This document shows positions 50,240 to 62,504 of a stretch of 64,000 nt of DNA, piece by piece; the stretch's first letter is position 1; each line of letters opens with the position of its first letter. The notes under the pieces were generated by a model, which was given only the letters and a program-made list of their open reading frames with translations, was not told the origin of the DNA and did not search any database. The DNA is from Malacoraja senta (Eukaryota), in NCBI GenBank assembly GCA_038087875.1, contig CM075988.1:16866001-16930000 (forward strand). The letters are read 5' to 3'. Both the position numbers and the translations under genes were made by a program.

Positions 50240-53200
50240 GTTGCACCACTGTGCCACCCATTGTTGTCATGTGTACCATGATGACAATATCTCTGCTAAA
50301 TAGCTTGGTATTTAACACAAATATATCATACTTTTCCAGCCTGCATAAAAGACCAATCTTCTAGAGTCATCTGTTATAAACTTTGCCTTTAGTTGTACTC
50401 TGTCATTTGCCCATTATCCTTGGACATTTGAGAGTTCATCACTGGTCAAAAGGTTGTGCAATGAGCAACCAACCAACCTCTGGAAATATTTGCTGGACCC
50501 CAATAATCACTGAGGCATGACCTGCTCTGTGCAGCTTATATGATACCAGTGTGGACCCCTTAGAAAATTGTACAATGTGGCCAAGCTCCAGAATAACATT
50601 GCATCCATTAGTACGGTCAGCAGTTAGTTACATGGCATGTTTTTAATCTCAATCCAACCCTGCCTGTCTACCCTATCGCTTACTTATTAGCACAGTTTCC
50701 CTTCAGATGCATCCATGTTAGTTCAATTCACCCATTCAACATGTCAATAATATCCTAATTTCAGGTGAAAGAAAAAGATATGTGGCAATTTTTTACTCGA
50801 GGTTTGAACATTTTTCTGGCTTAGACTTCTGTCCTCTCCCCAAACACATTTACTCTACATCCACCACTTTGTAGTTTCGCTATTTGGCCACCACTCCTGC
50901 CTTCCCTTTACTCGATAAAAGAATCCTCCTCCCATTCACAATTTCTCGATGGGAATTACGGTTGTCACGTCATTCCTAAATATCTGTAAAAGCTTCCGCA
51001 GCACTTCAGATCTATTTTGTAATAATATCAGCAGACAATGCAAAAACCCACATGCAATAAAAATTACATACTATGATAGTTGCAACACAAAGTGCTGGAA
51101 TAACTCAGCAGGTCAGGCAGCATCTGAGAAGGGAATGGATAGGCACGTTTTGGGTCAGGACCCTTCAGACAATGTTGGTATGCGTGAAAAATAATCCCAT
51201 TGTAAATTCTCACATGCCTCCACTCCCTGCTGGTCTATGGTTATTGATTGGTATCACACACTGACTGGGCAGAGAGCAAAATCTGGTCTCTTCATCACAG
51301 AATTGGCATAATTGTCCTCATTAAAACAGGCAATAAAGACAAAAATCTATCTCAAAGGGTTTAGCATTAACATTAACATTAAAAAAAGTGTGTGATTTTA
51401 ATGCTTGAATGTTATTGTCACAACCGCAGAAACATGGAGCCCCTTTAAGAGGACGTAATAATCCAGATATAGAGAGTAAAAATCAAAGAAACCAAACTTT
51501 CTGTCAATTTCCACATCACAATCACTGTCAGGTTAACCCCCTTCCACACTCTGGACAGATGGATGTAAGCTTTCAGAATTAATTATTTACATTATACTTT
51601 CAGGAATATTTATGTTAAAAGCAATCTACTGCTCTCCTCAATGATCAAATTAGTTACTAACCCCCCACCTCCAGAAGAAACCAGTGGAGAAAATGCCATT
51701 AAAGTCTGAATTAATGAACAAGGGCACTGCGCCATCCATTAAAGAGGACTGGCCAAACTCTAAAGTCACTTCAAAACTCCTTTTATTCCAAATCAGCAAG
51801 AGAGGCCACCAGCCTTGCATTGGGACTGTGTGGGATTAAAAGGCACTGCTCCCTCAATATTTAAACATGTGCATGCAATGGCTGGTCACATAAACATCTT
51901 GGGCGATGCTTAGTGCAGCGCTTAGGGAATGCTATAATGTAGAAAGTGTTCTCTGGAGGGGATGCTCAAATCGGGCTCTGTTTGGCCTTTACCAGCAGCA
52001 TGACTTCAAAGAAAAGTAAAGTTCTCTCTGGTGCCCAGCTAATGCTTACACCTCACCTCCCCTTCGTACGGTGTCTGGGGTTATGGGGAGAAGACAGGGG
52101 AATGGGGTTAAGAGGGGAAGATGGATCAGCCATGATTGCATGACGCAATAGAGCTGATGGGCCGAATGGCCTAATTCTGCTCCTAGCACTTATGAACCTA
52201 TGAAAATGAAAATAACTTTACAAACACTCGTGAATCTGATCTTTGACCTTGTTGCCAATATCTCGAGTGAAAATACGATTTCTCATTGCAAGCGATTTTT
52301 GTGTATCTTTTAAATGAAAAAAAAAAGAAGCCAGCCAGTTGTGGGATGTTGCCATGTTTCCCCACAACAATGACTTTGAGCTGTGGTCCATCCTTAACAT
52401 CAACACCATCCCACAGGAGCAATGATCAGATAAATATTTAGCCAGGCTCCGTGAGAAGACAATAAAAATCATGATGAAAAGCTTGATCAGGGAAGGAGTT
52501 AGCATGCAGCACCTTGTGGGGCAAGAAAGAGCTGCAGAGAGATAGGAGGGTGGGGGAGCTTCGGAATGGCCCCTCACGTCCAACATAGCTGAAGGCACGG
52601 CCATTGATGGAGGAGTGAATAAAGTCAGCAAAGCATATCATGCAACTAATTATCGGAGCTCAAACATCACAAAGACTTCAGGGATGAAGAGACTACAGAG
52701 GCAGGAGGGCAAACATTGCCAGAATCTGATGCAGATTAAACAGACTATTGGATTAAAAGATCTTCCTTCACACCTTCAATGCATCAACATTACTGCCCCA
52801 GGACTCCAGAAGGAAAAATCTATATTAATGCATTAGGAAAAAAAACGTTACCAATCATTTTATCAATACAGGCATGTTAAGATAGATAAGGGAAAGACTG
52901 AATGAGAAAATGTCAGGCAGGGTGAATTGATCGGAAATATACTTTATGCATTATGTTGCAATGGCCCACAAAGGCAGCTGCTGAAGCAGGATAATGTACA
53001 AATTGACACGCAATGCCATTTTGTTCATCTAATATTAATTTGCCAAATCACAGTTGATAGAAAAATGCTCTCCTTCGCCTGTGGCTGCCTAATGTAAACA
53101 TGATCCATTCCAGGCAGCAAGTGACCCGTAATGATTGGAAAAAGAGCAACATGCATCGTATACGAATACACAATGTGTATGAAAAACAACTTTATGAAAG

Positions 53201-53441
53201 CATAAAATATGTCTCAAGTCACCCAACATCTCCCACCTCAAAGAGTAATCTCAGATCTACTCTTCATTGTGGACCCTGCTGTGCAGTCTAATGTCTTGCT
53301 TCACATTTCACTGGTCAACAATCCCACTCTCAATGGCCCAAGTGGAATCTTGGTCACTTGCTCTTCAATTTAGTGCCAACCCCACAACTTCTCCTTCAAC
53401 AGGATGAACTTTCCCGATCAGTACAACATCGCATCAACATT

Positions 53442-53805
53442 GGGTGGCATGGTGGCGCAGCGGCAGAGACAATAGACAATAGGTGCAGGAGTAGGCCATT
53501 CGGCTCTTCGAGCCAGCACCGCCATTCAATGTGATCATGGCTGCTGCCCTACAGCGCCAGAGACCCGGGTTCGATTCTGACTGCGGGTGCTGTCTGTACG
53601 GACTTTGTACGTTCTCCCTGTGATCATGTGGGTTTATTCTGGGTGCTCCGGTTTCCCCCCACATTCCAAAGACGTGCAGGCTTGTAGGATAATTGGCTTC
53701 TGTAAAGTGTCCAGAGAGTGTAGGATGGAACTAGTGAACAGGTGTTCATATGGTGGACTCAGTGGGCCGAAGATAATGTTTCCATGCTGTATCTCTAAAT
53801 TAAAC
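53442..53805 (+). mobile_element. V-SINE with a nested reverse-orientation young CR1 tail (about 53468-53540)
   Basis: Head interrupted after GCGGCAGAG and resumes at CTGCTGCCCTACAGCGCC. Confidence 0.85.
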
Positions 53806-55289
53806 TCAACCAAACCTGCCTACATCCCACCTTGTTCATCCAACAACTGGGCGGCTTATTCATCCCTTTGCCATCTCTACAGTTGGTTACTGATCTTTCA
53901 ATCCCTCAGACTATAAATTACCAGTGGATTCTACATATGCCTGCATACTGTCCCCCATTTTATCCGATTTGCCAACCAACTGAACTGACGTTTACTGGCT
54001 TGCTGCCCCTGGTGTAAATAGTTCCAGATCTGTCTGCAAATCTCTCCATAGGTTTATTTCATGCCCTGCCTGCAACCTCGTCCATCCCAGATCCTATCTC
54101 CTCTTTCGCAAAGCCTTTTCAACCATGCTTTTAGCTGCATTTCCTATTCTCTTAATCTGAAGAAGAGTCCTGACCCGAAACGTCATCTGCCCATTCCCTT
54201 TACAGATGCTGCCTGACCCGTTGAGTTCCTCCAGCACTTTTGTGTTTTCCTCACGGTTCCAGCATCTGTGTCTCCTATTCTCTTTCCTTGTTTTGGTACA
54301 ACCTTATTTCCTCCAGTTAATCACAGAAAGAGGCACGTCACTGCTGGATTTGAAACCAATTAGATTGTTGGAAGCAGCACTTCAATGTCAGACTGCAATG
54401 AAGGGAACAAACAGAAAGCTGCACAAGGCAGGCTGGAGCACATTCAAAACAATAATTTAGGAATATTGAGGTAAATTAAACATGTAGCTCTTCCTGACTC
54501 TTTTGACACCAATCTGTTTAACTGTAAGATCTGCTGTGACATCAGTGAAGATAAAAATCCCTTTTATGTGCTTGGAGTGATTTCAGGGAATGCTGTTAAT
54601 GAAGGTAATCTTGTAATCCCCTTAACACTCTTTAAACTTGCGCAATCAGGGCAATGTAACATACGAGGCATCAGTTCGATTCCCCACACTAATGAAAGGC
54701 ATAGAAGGCCCATTCTCCTTTCTAACAGCCTTCTAATGAGTGTATTAATGGGTGACAATCCACTGTACTGCTCAGCTCCTGCTCCACATATAAGCAGCAT
54801 CAGATCCATTGCAGGGGCATGTATGCTGATATTATTCAACGCTGGGCCTATTACAAAGACTTCTGCTTCAAGGAGTATGATATTTTGACAGGCATCGCAA
54901 GTCTCATTGATTCCTGGTGATCCCTACCCTTCTTTCAGCTGTTTCTTGAAAAGGGAACGTTTTAAAATCATGTTTCAGATTTTCCACCCTTAAATCTGTA
55001 GGCTTGGGATTCTGAAACAGTTTGCAATGTAAAAAAAAATAATTCTCACTGCAGACGTCAAAGCATTCCCACCCGCTCGCCCCCATCCCAGTAGGAAATA
55101 AGGCACCTGCAAGGAAATATTTTCTCAATGTGTTGAAAATACTCAGCCTTGTCTTTCTCTCAGCTGGGGAAGAACGAATTAGCAAATTTATCTACATGCG
55201 AGCACTACAAATCCATAAAAAAAAACAATCGAGGGCTCGGCCAGGCCAGGCCAGGCCTACCACACTTTACAACACAGCAACAGTAGAGG

Positions 55290-55720
55290 CATAGATCGTA
55301 TACAGCATGGAAACAGGCCCTTCGGCCCAACTTGCCAATGCTGACCAAGATGCCCATCTTTACTTGTCCCACCTGCCTGTATTTGGCCCATATCCCTCCC
55401 TCTCCATGTACCATATTCAAAATATCTTTTGAATGTTATTTTAGCATCTGCCTCAACTACCTCCTCTGGCAGCTCATTCCATAAAGTTGCCCCATCAGGT
55501 TCTTAGCAAATCTTTTCCCTCTCATCTTATACCTATGACCTCTGTTTCTTGATTTCCCTACTCCGGGTAAAAGGTTTTAAGCATTCAACTTTTCTATTCT
55601 CCTCATGATCTTATACACCTCTATAAAATTACCCCTCACCTTCCTGTACTCCAAGGAATAAAGTCCTAGTCTGTCCAAGCTCACCCTATAGCTCAGGGCC
55701 CCAAGCCTAGCAACATCCTC
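55290..55720 (-). mobile_element. CR1 3' portion
   Basis: ACAGCATGGAAACAGGCCCTTCGGCCC...CTCCAAGGAATAAAGTCCTAG. Confidence 0.85.
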
Positions 55721-55905
55721 TCTTAAAACAAATTAAACTTTATTCAAGTACAAAATGTATACAATACAGGAACCGTGCAAAAAAATAATCTGACATTCTC
55801 GGAGGCTATACATACATTCAATACTGTTTACACAAATCACACAATTTTACCCCACTCGTGTAGCTCCCTGACATGAAATCGCCCTCAAAATAAGGGAAGG
55901 TATTT
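55721..55905 (-). mobile_element. Retroposed insert with AATAAA near its 3' end (L1/Tx1-like 3' end)
   Basis: 19-bp repeat CAAGCCT(A/T)GCAACATCCTC at 55702-55720 and 55906-55924; TTTATT at 55739-55744. Confidence 0.6.
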
Positions 55906-55931
55906 CAAGCCTTGCAACATCCTCGTAAATC

Positions 55932-55950
55932 TGACCACCAGGTGGCGCTT
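55932..55950 (+). promoter_or_regulatory. Candidate CTCF-binding motif
   Basis: TGACCACCAGGTGGCGCTT matches the CCASYAGRKGGCRS core. Confidence 0.45.
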
Positions 55951-56415
55951 TGATGGTAGCCTCGCCTACAGTCTGTCTGTCCTTTTTGTCTTTTTTTTGT
56001 TATTTTTAGTATGTTTAAAAAGTATGTGTTAATGTTCTCTGATTTGTTTTATGTGGGGGGTGGGCAGGGGGGGTGGGGGGGGCCGGGGTCGGGGAAAACT
56101 TATTTTCAATCTCTTACCTTGCCGGAGATGCGATTGTTTTCTGGGTTGTGTCTCCGGTCGCTCTGCAGCCTTCAGAAGCAAACTTCAAAAGGACACAAGC
56201 GGGATAATGTGACAGCAACCATTCTGGGGAAGTTGTGCAAGGCAGATATGTATCTGAGTGCAGAGTAAAAGCTTAGCCTCAACCCTGCCAACTGTGGACC
56301 CGAGAAACACCAGCCTCGGCTACTTACGCCTGAGCATGTTTTCCGCAGGGTTGGGCATGGCAAGAGGGAGGTCACCTGTTGGCTCAGTCGCTGGACTCAT
56401 CACTGGTTCAGCAGG

Positions 56416-56614
56416 AATGTGTCGGAAGGAACTGCAGATGCTGGTTTAAACCGAAGGTAAACACAAAATGCTGGAGTAACTCAGTGGGACAGGCAGCATC
56501 TCTGGAGAGAAGGAATGGGTGGCGTTTTTTAAGGGTCTCGACCTGAAACGTCACCCATTCCTTCTCTCCAGAGATGCTGCCTGTCCCACTGAATTGCTCC
56601 AGCATTTTGTGTCT
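56416..56614. mobile_element. Palindromic PLE-derived mini-element
   Basis: Direct repeat ATCACTGGTTCAGCAGG at 56399-56415 and 56615-56631. Confidence 0.88.
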
Positions 56615-56673
56615 ATCACTGGTTCAGCAGGGGCTTGTTGAAGCAACCAAAATATCAGTTTAAATAGCAGTGA

Positions 56674-56879
56674 AGGGCCTGTCCCATTTAGGCAACTCTT
56701 TAGGCAACTGCCAGGGACTACTTTTAATGGAATTCACCTACTACACCTGGCGACAACCTACGACAACCTACGACAGCAAAAATTGTTGGCACTGTCGGTG
56801 AAAAATTTTCAACATGTTGAAATTTTTGCGGCAGTCGCCTGTAGTCGCACAAAAAAATCACCTAAGTGGGACAGGCCCT
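56674..56879. mobile_element. PIF/Harbinger-type MITE
   Basis: TIR AGGGCCTGTCCCATTTAGG/CCTAAGTGGGACAGGCCCT; internal palindrome AAATTTTCAACATGTTGAAATTT; TSD imperfect. Confidence 0.8.
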
Positions 56880-57651
56880 AACTGAAATTATATGGTTGAA
56901 GACACAAGAAATTGCAGATGCTGGTTTACAAAAAAACAAAACACAAAGTGCTGGGATAACAGCGGGTCAGGCAGTATCTCCAGAGGACATGGATAGGGAC
57001 TAGCGGATCTTCATCAGATTTTAAAAAAAGAAAATGTTGGGAACACTCAGAGAACATCTGCAGAAGGAGAAACAGAGTCAGCATTTTTCAGGGTTAACAC
57101 TAGTTCTGGCAAAATTAATGTTATCCCTATTTCTATTCCACAGATGCTGCCTGAGTGCTTTCACTGTTTTTTTTTGGATTTTCAGTATCTGCAATTATTT
57201 TTTGTTTATTTCCAAATTGTCATTTGAAACGAAACATCTGATTTACTAACATCCTTCAGCAAAGCCAATCTTCCTAATGTGGCTGATATTTGATTTAGGA
57301 CCCACCAATGTGGTGAACTATCTAGTGCTTCAACATTTGTAAGGGGTGGACAATAAACATTTGGAGCTCCAAATTCTGGGAACAAAAAAATAAATAAGTT
57401 TGAAAAATGAAAAGGTACTAAATTTTAAGTATGTTTCAACAGGGTCGACGACTTAGGTCAGATGGAGGAGGTTGCTGTTCATCTGCCTGTTCACCCAGGG
57501 GCAAAGCTGACGGTTTCTCGTTGATGAGGTTCTGAGTCTAAGTGGACATTGAGATGCGTCAGCACTTACCTCCAGCCTGCCTTTGATATAACAAAGATGT
57601 GTTTACCGTGCATGGTCTACATGCCTGAGAGCCAGTGATACCCAATGGAAC

Positions 57652-58110
57652 GTGTAGGAAGGAACTGCAGATGCTGCTTTAAACCGAAGATGGGCACAAA
57701 AAGCTGGAGTAACTCAGCGGCACAGGCAGCATCTCTGGAGAGAAGGAGTGGGTGACGTTTCGGGTTGAGACCCTTCTTCAGACTTCAACTTTTTTTCTGC
57801 AATGTCCGGCCTGTGAAGTGGTGGCAGGATTTTCGATTGAAAACATTGATTCTTTAAACCAACTGTGGTCTTTCAGGGCTCAGGATCAAAATAGATATTG
57901 TTCTCTGTCCGCTTGATATTATCTGCAAATATACGTGTAAGAAGGGACCGCAGATGCTGGTTAAAACCGAAGGTAGACACAAAAAGCTGAAGTAACTCAG
58001 TGGGACGGGCAGAAGGGTCAATTTGAAGAAGGGTCTGACCCGAAACGTCACCCATTCCTTCTCTACAGAGATGCTGCCTGTCCGCTGAGTTACTCCTGCT
58101 TTTTGTGTCT
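57652..58110 (-). mobile_element. Composite PLE insertion carrying an inverted copy of about 18685-19020
   Basis: TSD ATACCCAATGGAAC at 57638-57651 and 58111-58124; PLE terminal repeat at 57652-57783; 57803-58110 is the reverse complement of 18685-18995. Confidence 0.88.
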
Positions 58111-58999
58111 ATACCCAATGGAACTCCTTGCATTCAGCAGTTCAACGTGGTCGAATGATTCATGCAGTCTCCACTTCCAAAAAGACGATTCACAGAGCAT
58201 GAGAGGATGAGACGGGAGGGGAGAGGCTGGCAGGGGCAGGATGGGGTGGTGGTGATCTGTTGAAGCACACTCTCGAATTGGTAAAGAAAATAAGAAGAAG
58301 CCTACATTGCTTGCATTGACCAATGCGCTCCTCCTTTTGTTTACAGCCAGCGATAGCAATCGGTGTGCTGTATCAATTATTTCTGCTACATTAGTGCCTT
58401 TATCAAAAACCACAGTAGCTGGAGGCTCTTCAAGTGTAATAGCATCTCCAGACAATATCAGAAAAATGTCACATCCAATAAAACATTATTACTGCGATCC
58501 TTGACGGCATCTGACGCAGATTTCCACAATTGTCACGAAACAAGCCGATCTTCTGTCTCAACAATTCACATCAGACCATCAAGCTGCATCAAGTAACTTC
58601 ACATTTGAACTCATATTCTCTCTAATTTCACGGATCAATAAGAAATCCAGACATATAAATACATATATTCTCCTTTTGACTTAATTCCACTCATCGCCCT
58701 CAAACATCACAAAGAAACTAATTTACTGAACAATATCTCCGACTTACCGAGAGGAATAAAAGGAGATAAATAAATAAACGGCGTTTTTTTAATGTCTCAA
58801 GACGGGAGGAGAGAGTCCTATTCATGCCAATTCAATCATATCGTCGTCAAGTAAAAAAGAAAGAGAAATCCACTCGTGGTCACTTAAGCAAAAAGCAATA
58901 AAGGTTCAGCACAAAAATCTGCAATGGTGGGAGTCTCATCCCAATGTGAGCAGAGGCGAGAGGTGGATACACTCACAACACTAAGAGTTGTTGGAATTG

Positions 59000-59265
59000 C
59001 ACTGTACAGCGCCATAGACCCCGATTCAATCCTGACTGCAGGTGCTGCCGTACGCCGTTTGTACATTCTCCCTCTGACTGCGTGGTTTTCTCCAGGAGCT
59101 CCGGTTTCCTACGACACTCCAAAGCTGTACAAGTTTGCAGCTTAATTGGCTTCTGGAAATTGTAAATTGTTCCTAGGTGTAGGATAGTGTCAGTGCACGG
59201 GGATTGATGGTCGGGGTGGACTCGGTGGGCCGAAGGGCCTGATTCCTCACTGCATCTCTAAAGTC
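59000..59265 (+). mobile_element. V-SINE, 5'-truncated
   Basis: TACAGCGCCATAGACCCCGATTCAATCC, core and tail. Confidence 0.82.
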
Positions 59266-61062
59266 CAAAGGGCACAACTCAGTGAAACACCTGTTGCCTC
59301 ACAAAGTCAATGCACATGACAAGAGAGACACAAAGTGCTGGAGTAACTCAGCGGGACAGGCAGCATCTCTGCTGAGAAGGAATGGGTGACGTTTCGGGTC
59401 GAGACCCTTCTTCAGACTGAGTCAGGGGAGAGGGAGATACAGAGATAAGGATGTGTAAGGTGTGAAAACGAGACAAAGGGGGTGGAGATCAAGGAAAATG
59501 TAGAATAAATCATTGTTAGCTAGGAGAAGGTAACAGCAAGATAAATTTAAACGGGGACAGTCAGGCTAGTTGAACTGGGAAGGGGGAGGGATAGAGAGAG
59601 AGGGAAGGCAAGGCACATGTCACGAGTTGGTTTAAAGAGTGGAGGTAACGGACACCATATTAAATTTGCCACCAAAAAATTGCAGTGTAGTTTCTCCAGT
59701 AAATTGCAGTGAATACATTCGATGTGCACAAAATCATTCTCAGGCACTTACTGCAGCATGGTCAACAAATCTGATAGAGAGCAGAACTAACTCATTTCCA
59801 CTCACGCTGGCTTTGACAATGTGATTCAATATATCCTCTCTGCCTGTCCATGGAATTACACTGAACAATTTGAAGTTTCTTTAAATCAGCGTAGAAAAAG
59901 GAGCAGGCCCTTCAGCCCACAATGTCTGTGCTGGACATGATGCTGTCAAACTACTCACCTCTGCCTGCACATGATCCCTATTCCTCTATATCCATGTGCC
60001 TACCTAAAACCCTTCAATGCCAATGTCACATCTGCCTCCACCACCACCCACAATTTTCTGTGTAATAAAAATGTGAACCACAGTTTATGTGATTGGTATT
60101 GCGATTGGTTATTAATGTCTTGTGTACCCAGATACAGTGCAAAACGTTAGCTTTGCTTATCTATCCAGATGAATCAGACCAGACACGAGCCTAGTCAGAC
60201 CATACAAGAGTACAAACACACCATGAATGAATACAATCATTCCATACGGAAGTCCGATCTCACAAACATGAGTGCAGATGGTGCAATAGGGCAAAGGAAA
60301 TGGAGTGCAGGATATATTGCCGTCTCCACAAAGTGCAGATAAACAAAAGTGCATCTGCTGCAACAAGGTACATTGGGACATCAGGAATTCAACCCCTGCA
60401 TTTGAGAGGTCATAAGGTCATAAGTGATAGGAGTAGAATTAGGCCATTCGGCCATCTAGTTTGCTCCGCCATTCAATCATGGCTGATCTATCTCTCCCTC
60501 CCAACCCCATACTCCTGCCTTCCCCCCCCCCCCCCCCCATAACCTCTGACACCTGCACTAATCAAGAATCTATCTATCTCTGCCTTATATATTTTACAAA
60601 GTCCTTAAAAAGGTCTGTTCAAGAGTCTGATATCACCAGCTGTTCTTGCATCTGGTGGGACGTGCTTTCAAGCCTTTGTATCTTCTGCCCAATGGGAGGG
60701 AACAGCAGAGAGAATAGAAACGTTTTAAAACTTTTGTTTTTTTAATTCCCTCTTTTAATTTACCTTTTGCTTTCTCTATATACCTGACTTGACATTGAAC
60801 TCACCCGCTTTCATTCATCCTCTTTCTCACTTTCTGCGCAGATACTTTCACTAGACTTCAATCTGATTAGTTAAAGAGATAAACATTTGTACACAAGCAT
60901 TGGCTGGTGGTTGTAAACTCCACTGTGGACATTCCAGCTCACAGTTGGTTCAGTTTGGCCATTCCCTATAAATGAATGCCATGGTGCATGGCATAGCTTC
61001 CTGAGAGGACAGAATGGGATCCATTTGAGTAAAGCGCCTCCTACAGTTCAGCATTCCCTTTG

Positions 61063-61326
61063 CATCATCATCATCATCATTGAAAACTTCAACGGGCACG
61101 GTGCCTTACAATGCTACGTACGACGGTGATCGCAACTTCTACGAAAGCGATGATGCCGTTGGCTCGCTAGGAGCTCATCTGCCCTTTTACAGGTCTTGTT
61201 TCTGGTCCTGCTGGGTTCCACAGCCCCCTCCTCACCTGGCAAACAGGTGGGGGAGACAATTTGGTCGTCGACTATCCGACCATGGAGCAGGTAGCACGGG
61301 ATTACATGGTACCCGTGGAGGGGGGA
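61063..61326 (-). mobile_element. Probable short retroposon with (TGA)n tail (RTE-related?)
   Basis: (CAT)6 at 61063-61080; CpG-richer than flanks; structured 5' region; no TSD seen. Confidence 0.45.
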
Positions 61327-61462
61327 ACCATCTTAGCCCTACAGTAAAATCCAGCTCAGATATTTATGCACAAATACCTCAAGTGAGAAATCCCATAGTC
61401 TTCCGACTCAAAGGTTAGAGACCTCCCATTGAACCAAAGATGTCAAGTAACAAATATGTTGC

Positions 61463-61668
61463 AGTTTAGTTTAGTTCAGTTTAGTTGAGAGATACAGCGC
61501 GGAAACAGGTCCTTCGGCTCACTGAGTCCACATCGACCAGAGATCCACGCCCATTAACACTATCCTAGGGAACACACTACACTACACCACACTAGGGAAA
61601 ATTTCACATTAACACCAAGCCAATTAACCTACAAACCTGTACGTCTTTGGAGTGCGGGAGGGAAACCA
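61463..61668 (-). mobile_element. V-SINE 3' half
   Basis: (GTTTA)n tail, GAGATACAGCGCGGAAACAGG...AAACCTGTACGTCTTTGGAGTG. Confidence 0.85.
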
Positions 61669-61972
61669 CACTCTGTACCTTTCTGTACTCTCCCCAATTT
61701 AGCCACATGGTCACTATAGCAGGGTGACCAGAACTACACACAATTATCCTGGTGCAGACTCACCAACGCCATGTGCAGCTGTAATTTAACATGCCCAACT
61801 CTTGTATTCACTGCTAATCAAAGCATGCCAAATATCTCCTTGACCACCTTGACCACTAGTGTTGTCAGTGTCAGGAAACTACGTCGTATTCTCTTAAAGT
61901 CACCCATCCATCTTTTTTACCAGAGATGCTGCCTGACACATTGCATTACTCCAGCACTTGTGTCTATCATAA

Positions 61973-62504
61973 ACGGCCTGTCCCACGAGCATGCGATCGC
62001 ATGCGGCTAGCATGACCTAACGTGGTCGCGCTAGCCGTGCAGCCTCGCGGGGCCGGTCCCACTTCGATCGCCGGAGCTGCATGGAGTTGTGCGGAGCTCC
62101 GAAAAACTGACAGTTCAAAAATTCCGCGCTGCAAAGGCCTGCCGGCCCACTGCCGCATGGAGGCCGCTTGCACTGCCTCGACGCCGCACGCACCGCCTCG
62201 ACGCCGTACGCAGCGTCTCAACGCCGAACGCAGCGTCTTGATGGCGTACGCCTAGCGCGTGGCGTTGCGCGATGACGTCACCGCCCGGCGTGCCGTTGCG
62301 TGATGACGTCACCGCCCGACGTCGTGCGACGTCCAAATTCAGTCGGCCCACCTCCTGCCCAGCTGATTGGTGAGTTTGATGTCGGGACCAGCTCCATACG
62401 GCTCCGCGGTTGGAAGTGGGACCGGCCCCGCGAGGCCGTACGGCTCAAGCCCCACGTTTGGTCACGCTCGCCGCATGCAGTCGCATGCTGGTGGGACAGG
62501 CCCT
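61973..62504. mobile_element. CpG-rich PIF/Harbinger-type MITE
   Basis: TIR ACGGCCTGTCCCAC/GTGGGACAGGCCCT, extended imperfectly for more than 50 bp; TAA at 61970-61972 and 62505-62507. Confidence 0.88.

Noticed and set aside
61270..61330. HDV-like or twister ribozyme at the 5' end of the (TGA)n-tailed element
   Set aside because: P3/L3 and the catalytic consensus could not be fitted; kept only as a possible pseudoknot.
61973..62504. CpG island / gene promoter
   Set aside because: Bounded exactly by MITE TIRs and TAA duplications.
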